Source: Carcharhinus amblyrhynchos (taxonomy: Eukaryota). Taken from it: a stretch of 64,000 bases of DNA. The stretch's first letter is position 1. Each line of letters begins with the position of its first letter. The notes beneath the pieces are model-generated. The model saw nothing but the letters and a program-made list of their open reading frames with translations, was not told the DNA's origin and searched no databases. Positions 1-10,754 of the stretch are shown one piece after another. Both the position numbers and the translations under genes were made by a program. The stretch is from contig OZ336878.1 of the NCBI GenBank assembly GCA_965287045.1, positions 38,936,001-39,000,000 on the forward strand, written 5' to 3'.

Positions 1-295
1 ATCTGTATTAGTCCACCACACCTGTATGTGATTGGTAAGTTTGTATTAGGCAAACACAGAAATGCAACAAGGAGGTCCTGCCACCTTCAGTTATGCACCA
101 CCTTGTTCTGCAGGAGTGAAGGAAATATGTCAGTGTCTGTGTTGGAATATGTTTAAGCTGTCCCGGTTCAATAGCTGACATATGCAGGCTGAGCCATCTG
201 GATGTGAGGGCTTGCACATGTCAGCAGTGCTCAGCATGTGAATGAGGCCATATTGATGTATAGTTGAGTGGCAAGTGACCTGACTACAGAAGTTA

Positions 296-905
296 GAACA
301 AAGAAAAGTATAGCACAGGAACAGGCCCTTCAGCCTCCAAACCCATGCTGATTATGATGCCCTAACTAAACCAAAAAAACCTTCTACCCTTATTTGGTCT
401 GTGTTCCTCTATTCCCTCCCTATTCATGTACCCATCCGCATGTCTCTTAAATGTTACTACTATGCCTCCTTCCACCACCTCCTCTGCCACCACGTTCCAG
501 GCATGAAAGCTTCCCCACACAACTTCTCAACTTGAACCTGTGCCCCCTTGTAATTGACACTTCTGCCCTGGGAAATATTCTCCTAATATCCATTCTGTCT
601 TTGCCTCTCATAATTTTGTAGATCTCTATCAGGTCTCTCATTCTCTGTCTTTCTAGTGAAAATAATCCCGATTTATTCCACCTCCCCACATAGCCAATAC
701 CCGCAAGACCAGGCAACATCCTGGTGAACCTCCTTTGCACTCTCTCCAAAGCTTTCCAGTCCTTCTGGTAGTGTAACAACCAGAACTGCACACAATACTC
801 CAAATGCAACCTGACCAAGGTCTTATATAGCTGCAGCATGATTTGCCAGCTCTTGTACTCAATGCTGCAGTGGATGAAGACAAGCATGCCATATGTAATG
901 CCTTC
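296..905 (-). mobile_element. CR1/HER1-type LINE 3' fragment (ORF2 C-terminus plus tail)
   Basis: ORF 447..887(-) contains LYKTLVRLHLEYCVQFW...LERVQRRFTRMLPGL...TRGHRFKL, typical of the CR1 ORF2 C-terminus; simple-repeat tail near 296-310. Confidence 0.9.
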
Positions 906-3247
906 TTCGAAATCAGATTATTTGAAGATGAAGCACAGGATTGTTCAGACAGATTTACTATAAAGATTCTTGCAGAATTGGGCAGTGTCTGAGTCTGTGG
1001 TGCAGTTTGGTGGAAATAGCATTTGAAGATGTAACCACTGACCTTGAATACTCCTGTGAGCTTCATTGAAATTCTGACGCCGCATCCAGATCATGAGGCT
1101 AGACTCTTGACATTGACCTCCACAACTAGCTGCTCCCACTGTCCTCTGTATGCATCTTGAGGGCTCCTGGGATCCTGCATATGAAGAAAGGCCTGTTTGT
1201 TTTACCTACTGTGGCAAGTTTCTATTGAAGCCTCCAAAAATCTTGGAGACCAGTTTCTCCCATGTTGTGCAATTCTTTAGCATTCCCAGATGTGCGCATC
1301 TATTAGTACCTGATCCTGCCTCATTGCACCTCCCCAAAAGATGTTGGCTAGTATGAAGGGGTGCTAGCTACTCATGAGACTTTTCTCATTCTGGTAAATC
1401 CTGTCAGTCAACAATGCTGCTGATGCTAGCTGGTAGCTGGAATCTATCAAAATCCTTTAATATTTTCAAATGACCAATAGGTATAGATTGGGGCTTTTAT
1501 TTCTTTTGAAAGTTTTGTGCCATTACAAATATTTTTCACTTAAAATGTATTAAAGTTTTTATGAACTCATTAAATTGAATGCATAACCAACTGTCTGAAA
1601 TAGGAATTTAGCATGGTAGATGTTTTGTTCAAACTACTAATGTTTTTGTGATAAATTTAGACTTTAAAGGTAAGCATTAACGTTATTGATTACAGCTGAA
1701 AAGTATTCAAGTACTTCAACAGTGCAGCGAGAGAGAATGGTGATAATTCATACTTCTCAGCATATATTAATTGTTTTAGCATCCCACCTGTTTGCCGAAT
1801 TACAGGAATTTTTCTTCAAATGAACCACAATGACCTTTTCACCAGCCCAGTGCACTCGCACAATCGTTCCTGTTAGGGCACCACGCTCCAGTTGTTGTGA
1901 AAAAGTGTTTAAATGTTACTTTCATTTGTTACTTAACTGACAATTTTTTACAACTTTAATAGCTTTTATAAACTTGAACATGAAATCTTAATAGAATGTC
2001 ACAAATGTAATTTCTGTATTATTTTCTGATCACCACATAACATACTGCCGGGGGCCATCATATAAAACAGACCTCTGCAAAATGACTCAAATCTTGTTTG
2101 TAAATATTCATCCTAAGCACTATTGTATAATTCATATTTTTTTCTTGCCTGAACCATTTTTGACTCCGATCATCAGTAATGAATGTGACAGGGAACTTCT
2201 GCTCTGTCTGTGCAGATTTTTCAATGGGTTGGGTAATGCTGAGAATTATAACAGCAATTTTGTTTGGCAATTTCAGTCATTGTTACTGATTCTGGGATTT
2301 CCTGTTGGGCATATAGAACATATGGGGCAATGTATATAATATGTTGGCCCATATATGGAATGATGCAATGCGAGTAAGGACAATATATCATCCAGCACAT
2401 TTCCCATTATTTGTGCCAGGACATCACTTTATCCCTACTGGCTAGCATTTCTGTAGGTGATTCAGTGATCAGCAATCAATTGCTTAGGCTTTGGTGTCAA
2501 ATTTGAGAAGTTGAATATTTATTATGTATCTTACCCTGACATTTAAGTTACTGGTAGGTAGAGGCTTCCAGCACCTCGCAAAGCTGTTTACTACCTTCCC
2601 TTCCACATGGACTCAGCACTGAAGGTCAAGAAGCTTGCAAAAATGATGCATAGTTTGGACAATCAAATGGGGTCAGAACCCATCTTTGTGATGGGCAGCA
2701 CTCCAGCTGCACAAGGGTGCCACTGTAACCGAAAACTTAAGTTCCTACATCCAAGTTTCTGTTCAAGTTAGTAAAAAAAAAAAAATTCTGCACTCAGGAG
2801 AGTGACTAATAAACAAATGTGACATAATGTTAAAATCATGCAGGAAACAAAAATGTATCATGTATAGTGAAGAAGGAAACTGCCTGTAAAAGTGTGAGTA
2901 CTGTGATTCCAGGTTAAATGAGCAATTAATCTTTGTTCAGATGTGTTTCTGACTTGGAGGGGTAGTATGTATTGTGTGTGGAAAATGAGGACAACTCAAG
3001 TATTCTACCTCCATATAATTAATAAAATATCTCTACATGGTTCAAATCTGTAGCTAAAAACAGAAAATCCTGGAAAAGCTCAGCAAGTCTGCCAGAAGGC
3101 ACAGAACTGGTTCCAAAGTATTTTGCTTTTATATTGGTTCAGATCTGTTTTTTCTGCTAATGAAACAGTAAGCTAATTAAACACATCTCAAAATTGGACT
3201 TGTTAGTACTGAAGCAATGTAATGATATACTCTTTATTTTTGAACAG

Positions 3248-3331
3248 GTGTCTCAGTTTGATCCTGCTGAAACATTAATGGAGGTGAAACTCTATCCTCA
3301 GGAGACACTCTTCCTGGAAGCAAAGGAATGA
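3248..3331 (+). CDS. FAF1: FAS-associated factor 1, terminal coding exon (end of UBX domain)
   Basis: Pyrimidine tract and acceptor (ctctttatttttgaacag|, AG at 3246-3247), then VSQFDPAETLMEVKLYPQETLFLEAKE*, closely matching the vertebrate FAF1 C-terminus (..LLEVKLFPQETLFLEAKE). Lies upstream of DMRTA2 as in mammals. No earlier exons recognised in the window. Confidence 0.93.
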   Translation: MSQFDPAETLMEVKLYPQETLFLEAKE

Positions 3332-4100
3332 ATTCATCCATGGGACTTTGACTTCCCAGATAGTTGATAAAAGCTCAGCTTTTGTCTGAAAGCTGCAAGA
3401 TCCTCCTTTGTTTTGTCCAGCCACATGCCACAACTATCTGCCTCTTCCAGAACCCCTAAATCAACATCACCATTGTAAAATGCCTGTATGCTGCCAACCT
3501 CACAAGAATTGTAGATGTTTACAAGGATATATAGGAGGATAGCAATCTGTGATGAACACTGATTTACACCCTTCACACTATTCTGGCCTATGTTTATTCA
3601 TCAATGCACTATTCAAAGGTGAAGTGAATTATATTAGTTAGAATTGGTTTCTTTGTACCCATTCAACCACAAAACCTGTATTACAATTTGCCCAGTTTTT
3701 GGAGCAAGTGCTTTGATTTAAAATTCTGTATTTGTTTTAATTCAATACATACTTGAGACATTGCTCATAAATGTGCATAATTCAATGTCTGGATTTCTAC
3801 ATAAAGCCTAATTTATGATTTCACAGTAGGCATGGGGTCATTCTTGGCCATTGAGATTTAACAGTATTATTTAGAAAGTGTGATTTTTATACCACATGAT
3901 TGTCTTATTCGGTTTTCGGCTTTGGTAAAATGTAAGAAGGATATAATTTTCTATTTGCAGTCTTATTGAACTAATCTTTTCCACAGGCTTGGTACTGTTT
4001 TATTTTCGCCTTCAAGGAGTCAGAAAAATAACTTGTTTCAGGCATATGTCACTGCATCATTAGAATGGGATGGGAATAAATTGGTTTAGAGAAAAGAAAA
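3332..4100 (+). other. FAF1: Probable FAF1 3' UTR with candidate poly(A) signal
   Basis: Repeat-free AT-rich sequence after the stop codon; AATAAA at 4075-4080. The true 3' end cannot be determined here. Confidence 0.45.
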
Positions 4101-4759
4101 TTCAAAACTGTTATGCCCTAAATGCATTGAGTGTGTAAGTTATCCTATGCTAATGTTCTGGGCACTTTGTACAGATATTGGTCCCATAGATTACACGTTT
4201 ATTTTCTATAGTAATGATGTATTCCTCCACATCACATTCTATTTGCAGTAGATCAAACAAATCACTTCATTGTACATGTGATTAGAGTAGCTTTTAGTAC
4301 AAGCTGTTCATTTTACACACTCGAAGCCACGTGCCTGAAGGAGTGTCAACTAAGCAATTTGCTGCATTACAACAGTGACTACTTATTAAAGTATTTGGCT
4401 GTGAACTGCTTTGGAATGTCATGAAAAATGCTGTATAAATGCAAGTTTATACATTTGTATTTATGAAATGCATACCAACAGAGCAAGATTACAGCATTTC
4501 AATTTAATATCTAAAAGAATGATGACATCACTCCCTTAGCCACAATTGGCATACTGACAAAAATGAGATTCTAGAAAACTATGACAAGTAATAACTTGAC
4601 AGGTGGAATGCAGAAGACTACAGGAAAGCATAAACTATCTAGAAAAATGTGCAGGTAAGCAATGGATGTCATTTAATAGCGATAATATAATGTAGCAAGA
4701 AACATCCTTTCAAGCTTGTCGATCATCTACGTGACACAAATCAGGCTAATAATGACATA

Positions 4760-5225
4760 GTGTCCACTTGCTTGGATGAGTACAGCTCCAACAATTGTCA
4801 AGCGGCTTGATACCATCTGTGACAAAGCCACACTTATGATTGGTACACAATCATGAACCTTCACTTCCTCCACCACTGATGCACTGTGGTAGCATCTACT
4901 TTACGTATTACAGCAATTTGCTAAGGCTTCTTCAGCAGCACCTTCAAAACCCATGACCTCTACCACCTAGAAGGTCAAGGGCAGCTGATGGAATGCTACC
5001 AACTGCAAATTCACTTGGAACTATATCACCACTCCTGTCCTGTTGCTGGATCAAAGTCATGAAACTGCCTTACTAACAGCATTATGAGTGCACCTACATT
5101 ACATTGCATCGTCAGTGGCGGTTCAAAAAGGAAGCTTGCCACCACCTTCTCAAGGGCATTTAAGGATGGACAGTAAATGATGGCTTAGCCAGTGACATCC
5201 ATATCCTATGAACAAATTTTAAAAA
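4760..5225 (+). mobile_element. L2-type LINE 3' fragment
   Basis: ccacttgcttggatgagtacagctccaacaa...ccaccaccttctcaagggca...gccagtgacatccatatcc; the same 3' end occurs inverted at ~10760-10850. Confidence 0.7.
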
Positions 5226-5794
5226 TTTCAAAAACAATGATAAAAAAGTGGTTAGAAACCTTAATTGGTAAATTTCTAGCGTGGCTGTCGAACAAAGGGA
5301 TCTAAGTAATATATAATTTGGGATTATATCAGTGGAAATCAAATACCAGCACAGAAGTAGTTATTCCTGTACAGTATGATTAGGTCATATCCGTAATACC
5401 TTATGCATACTCACTCATGGAAAGAATAGCCCTAGAACAAATGCAAAACAGATAACAGGGATATGGGGTATCTGCTAGTGGAGATGAATTTTATATTCTC
5501 TCGGACTGAGAAATTTAATAGAGGTGTGCAAAATGATGATGGAATAAATGACAGACATTTTAATTGATAAAATCAGGATGAGATCACAATTTTAAAATAA
5601 GATACTTGAAGGGAAATATTAGAAAGCTTCTTCAAGGAAAGAATGTGGAATGCTTTGCTAGAAACTGGTGTTAGATTCCAACTTGATTGAAGCATTTAGC
5701 AAGTTATGGATGATGAAGGAAACAAAAAAATTGTTGGGAATAATGCAGTAAGATGTTCCTGTAAATTGTGGCCTACATTCAGCACAAAAATTGT

Positions 5795-6216
5795 GAACTT
5801 GCCAACTAATCAGTGCTCTTTTCTCATGTAGTATAAATTGTTGCTCCCAGTCTTCCATCTGTGATGAGGCAAGACAAAAGGTTTTGACAGCACAAGTGGC
5901 ACGGTATTAGCACTGCTGCCTCACAGCACCAGGGACCCAGGCTTGATTCCCGGTTTGGGTCATTGTGTGGAGTTTGCACATTCTCCTCGTGTCTGCGTGA
6001 GTTTCCTCTAAGTGCTCTGGTTTCCCCTCTCAATCCAAAGATGTGCAGGTTAGGTTCATTAGCCATGGTAAATTGCTCCTTAGTGCTAGAAGGGACAACT
6101 AGGGTACAGGGATAGGGACTGGATGAGATTGTGGTCAGCACAGACTAGATGGGCCAAATAGCCTCCTTCTGCACTGTAGGGATTCTATGGACAGCATGTC
6201 TCTTTTTACAGAAATA
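5795..6216 (+). repeat. Hammerhead-motif repeat, copy 1 (split by a SINE)
   Basis: 5795-5892 plus 6190-6216 align with 8050-8185; contains GTGATGAG-gcaaga-CAAAAGGTTTT-GACAG at 5861-5890. Confidence 0.65.
5893..6189 (+). mobile_element. tRNA-derived SINE (HE1/V-SINE-like) with CR1-type tail
   Basis: Head tggcacggtattagcactgctgcctcacagc...gattccc, central gtgtggagtttgcacattctcc; flanked by a 7-bp TSD gacagca (5886-5892, 6190-6196). Confidence 0.9.
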
Positions 6217-6910
6217 TTTAAATTTAAACAATATTTTTAAAAAAGCTAGCATCAGTAATAGGGAATATGAAAGTACAGGATTGTTAGAAAAATTCATCAG
6301 ATTCAATGTTTCTGAGGCAACTTTTCAGCAGAAGCCTCAGTAATATCCCAAGTGTTATTCCATACCATGCTTAGAGGTTTCTTATGCTTTCTAAGTTGCA
6401 CCATCCAAAAATGTTGGTTCAATTCAGACCTTCTGAAGACAATGTTAAGATGGAGATGCATGATGTATTCTCATTAATTGAAAGTCTTTATATTTGGAGT
6501 TATCGTGATGTAAAATGATCACAGTTACCTTTTGTATTCTGTAACTGGTTTGTCGATTATCATGATCTTGCAAACTATTAGCTTAGGAACTGATCAAAAG
6601 GTTTTATAAAAATACGTGGGCATCACTGGCAAGACCAGAATTTATTGCCTATGCCTAATTGTCCTAGAAGGTAGTGATCAGCTGCCTTTTTGAATGCAAC
6701 AGAGTGGTTTGCTGGGCCAATTCATATAGCATTTAAGAGTTGACTACCATGGATCTGGAGTGACGTGTAAGTCAGACCATGTCAGGTCAGCACATTTTCT
6801 TGAAGGACATGAGTGAATCAGATGGGGTTTTATGACAAACTTCTAGTTTTATGATCCCCGTTAATGATCCTAGTTTTTTATTTGATGTTTAAAATAATTT
6901 TAAATTTAAA

Positions 6911-8185
6911 TATTGCTGAAAAAAGAAATGTACTGTTGAAGCATTTTGTCTTGCCTTATCAGGACAGGCAGAAGAAAGGGAACAACAATTAATACAACAT
7001 GAGAAAAGGGCACTGATTGATTGGCAAGTCCACTTTGGCTTAGGCATTGCCATGGGGAATGCACTAGGGAATTATTGTCCCCCATGCTTTTATTTAATTT
7101 TTAACAAGGCCCAATGCCTGGACATGTACTTTTTGCCTGCAGAGGACAGGAGCCTGTGTATGAATATAGCATCCAGTAGATGTGAAGTAAGCCACATCAT
7201 GAGCCAAACTGACAATCTTAAATTTGTTAGTGTAATTCTTAGCACACTTGGGATTGTTGTCAAAGCTATCCAATCACAGAATCAGGCCACCACCTTTGGA
7301 CCTGAGAAATGACTAGTCTACCTCAAATTACCTTAAAATATCTCAACGATTTGAACAGATGAAACTTGCCATTTTACACTGCTGCTATGCAGTAGCCATG
7401 ATGTGGAGATGCCGGTGTTGAATTGGGGTAAACACAGTAAGAAGTCTCACAGCACTAGGTTAAAGTTCAACCAGTTTATTTGATAGTAAAACCACAAGCT
7501 TGTGGATTTACTATCAAATAAACTGGTTGGACTTTAACCTGGTGTGTGAGACTTCTTGCTATGCAGTAGCAACAGGAGTGATAATTTCCATTAACAGGTT
7601 GCTGCTGTCAAGCCAAAAATATCCTGCCTGTCACACAAATGAGTAGTGTGATTTATGAATTTTAGTGCCATTAGGATGCCATCAGATTGTACCAAAGAAC
7701 ATGTCCCTTCATCTGTTTGCATTAGCTGGAGTACTGCCTATACTCTAGCAGCATATGCTTACAAAACTCAGAACATAATATCTAATATTAGATGTGATTC
7801 CATGATTTAACAGTACTAGCTGAGCAACCCTGTGTGTGCTAAAAGCTACATTAACAACCAGGTAAAGATTATCTGTTGAGGTCACAATTCACTTAATGCT
7901 TACTAGAAGCTACATGTATTCATTTGCAAGGACCTGTTATCTGCAAGCAAAAGGAACATAGTCATTGCATCTTCTGTATTAAATAAAAGCATAAAGAGGA
8001 ACTAGTTCCCTGGTGCATTCTCCAGAGCAACATCTCAATTATTCTGAGTCAACTTATCAACCAATTAGCATCCATTTTCATGCAGTACAGATGGTTGCTC
8101 CCTTTGAAATTTGGTATTCTCGTGTTTGTCCTAATGAGCACAAGACGAATAGCTTTGACTAGCATGTCTTTTTTTTCAGGAATAC
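6911..8185. mobile_element. ~1.3 kb element with ~190-bp diverged inverted termini carrying hammerhead-like motifs (Penelope-like affinity inferred)
   Basis: 6911-7096 (tattgctgaaaaaaga...gaatgcactagggaa...atgcttttatttaa) is the reverse complement of 7980-8185 (taaataaaagcat...ttccctggtgcattc...tcttttttttcaggaata). Confidence 0.7.
7397..7556. mobile_element. Fold-back (palindromic) short element, copy 1
   Basis: Leader gatgtggagatgccgg; ~119-bp near-perfect palindrome 7439-7557 centred on ccacAAGCTTgtgg; 14-bp TSD tgctatgcagtagc at 7383-7396 and 7557-7570. Confidence 0.85.
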
Positions 8186-10754
8186 ATCAAGTTCTGTAGT
8201 ATTAAGCACCTAATTGATTTTAAATTGCCTAGTGGTCCTGGAATTTGAATTTGTGTTGCCAGATCATTAGTTGAAAGCTCTGGATAACGAGTCCAGTAAA
8301 ATAATCAATATGCTACCATACCCATTGGCTTTATTTGGTTAGGAATTGCTAGGTGTACTTGATGTACCACAGGCATCATAGCAATCTCATCTTCAAGAGA
8401 TTCTTCAACATATTAAAGACAAATACAACTGCTGCACAGAATTGCCCTTTTATGGATTTCAGACAAAACGGAAATTCAAGATCATAATATTTGCAGCAAT
8501 AAACAATGTGATGCAATTACAAATGAGTTAGTAACTCGTAAAAATTACCAGGAGTCAATGCACACCTGGACACCAGGACGCTCATAAAATGTAATAGTAT
8601 ACTTTGTATTGCTGCTCTGTGAGTTACACTGCTACTTGAGTTATTGGCTAATGTAGGTTTCTACACAGCAAACCATATTGGAAATTTTCAGGAGTCTGTC
8701 CGTTCCAACATTTTGAATTAACCTTCTAACAATCTTCATTGTTAGAAGACTGACTTTGTATTTGTTAGGATCTTATGGCTGTTAGCACCAGCTATCTTTG
8801 TTCTTGTATTTTGCCAGTCTTTTTTGTATGTTCTCAGTTAACCTCTATAAAATACTTCTAATTCAAATTAGCTATTGGATTCACAAACCAATGAATGCTG
8901 CCAAATGAATGTTGGGCAACCATAACCCTCATTGATCAGGCCTGGCATTGAATATCAAAGTGCTTATTTGTCAAACAACTTTGTGGAAGGAACATGTTTA
9001 CCATGAGAAGCTGAAATAACCAGTTTAATTTTTTGACAGGATACCGATTAATGACTAAAATAATTATTACCAAGCAAAGGGCTACAAAATATCATGTTTA
9101 ATTGGGAAACAAAATAATTTGCATCAGCTGCTGAAGCTGAGAGCTAATTTTCCACAATGTAGGAGAGAACAAAGATCACCACTTGGCATGCAAAATGTGG
9201 AGGTACATCATTAAGATCTCGTAGGGAAAACGTATGTTTACACCTAGATAATCTTGGTCATGGTTCCATTATGACAAGGAAATATAGAAAATTTGGGAAT
9301 GGAATTTTGAGGAAATGTTACCAAGTAATTAATAACTGGGCCTGCTTTGTGTGAACTACATCTTGTTTAGAGAGTAATGATTATTGGAAAGTGAACTGTC
9401 CTCTGATAAAACTTTAAATGCAGTATTGGATGGCATATTTATACAGACTGGTACAATGTTTGGCCAGTTTACAAAATGCAGTATTCAATATTTGAAATTG
9501 AAATTTAAAGATATTCCATTATTTCTAAAACTAAGTATCTAGTATTATCTTTATGTTGCTTTCACCAAGATACCAAAATTTTACTGCAAATTGAAAAATT
9601 GCTTTTTCATAGATGATTTTAAAAACCTTCAACCTTGCAGTTTATATTGTATGAATCTCATTGAACTATATCAAATGAGACATGTATAACATATACAACA
9701 TGTTCACCTCAGAGGTGGTGCAAGTAAAACCAATTGATAAAACTAACAAGATGATAATGTTTGCATCTTGAAACATGGACGAAAAATTTTTCTAACCATG
9801 TAAGTTTTCAGTTAAGCAGTAATGGCCAGTATCTATTATTGTGTGGATTTTAACCTTTGGCTGCAAATCTTAGGATTTTAACCTTTGGCTTCAGCCTAGT
9901 GTAAGTTCAGCCTGTACTACTACTGGTCTGCCAGCACCCTACAGGTAATGCAGGCAACTTGACAGATTGTGCAAGATTTTTTTTTGTTACTGCTGTGTCT
10001 TTAAAAGCAGGTAATGTTAGGATTTATGTTTTTCAAATAGCATGAAACCTGCAGGTAGTGATTGCAAGTTTCCAGTGATATTATTTTGATAGACATTTCA
10101 CTACATTGAGAACAAACATTTCAACTGCAAGTGCATTGCAATATTTTCTTTTTACAATAAATGTGTTTTTGTAAGTTTGTCTTAAGACTTCATTGGACTG
10201 GCCAAAAGAATTGGCAATCATGCTCATGCAGCACACTACAAATCTGTTTTTATGTAATTGCTATCCATATTCCTGTTTGAGATGTTTTTTTCCATTGTAT
10301 TATTTTTATTTTTGTTTAGTTCTTCATTGCCCGAACAACAAGTGTCCCAGTGTAGAAGAAAAAAAATGGACGGCAAGCTAGGAGTGACAAAACCCTTGGC
10401 CAGACGGTTTGGCTTTTAGGAGAGTTTTAAAAAAATTGAAGAATTCAGGCTAGAATTGCATAGTGCTGTGATCCAGGCAGATAAAGGTAAGGTGCTAACA
10501 GTAGGGCAAAACTAAATAACCGTAATGCACAAAGTAAGGCCAGAGTAAGAGGAATAGAAAATTTTATTTAAGACTTGGTTAGAGCCATTTTGATGCCATG
10601 ACAGGGACAGAAACCTCAAGAGAGTCAAATGGAGTTGAAAAAGATGAACATAGTTGTGAGGAGTTACTCTAAGTTCAAAGTATATAGAGGGTAGGGAGTT
10701 CATGGATGGCATGATGATGGCAGTTTGCAAAAAGGGAGGACAGTGCCTGAAAAC

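Larger units (their letters stand above)
6615..8320 (-). mobile_element. tRNA-derived SINE with L2 tail, split into 6615-6910 and ~8211-8320
   Basis: Both pieces are the reverse complement of the SINE family at 20185-20545 and are colinear once 6911-8210 is removed. Confidence 0.6.

Noticed and set aside
7439-7557. Hairpin as a miRNA precursor or terminator
   Set aside because: It has a TSD and a dispersed second copy, so it is mobile-element derived; a loop-less palindrome is atypical of pre-miRNAs.
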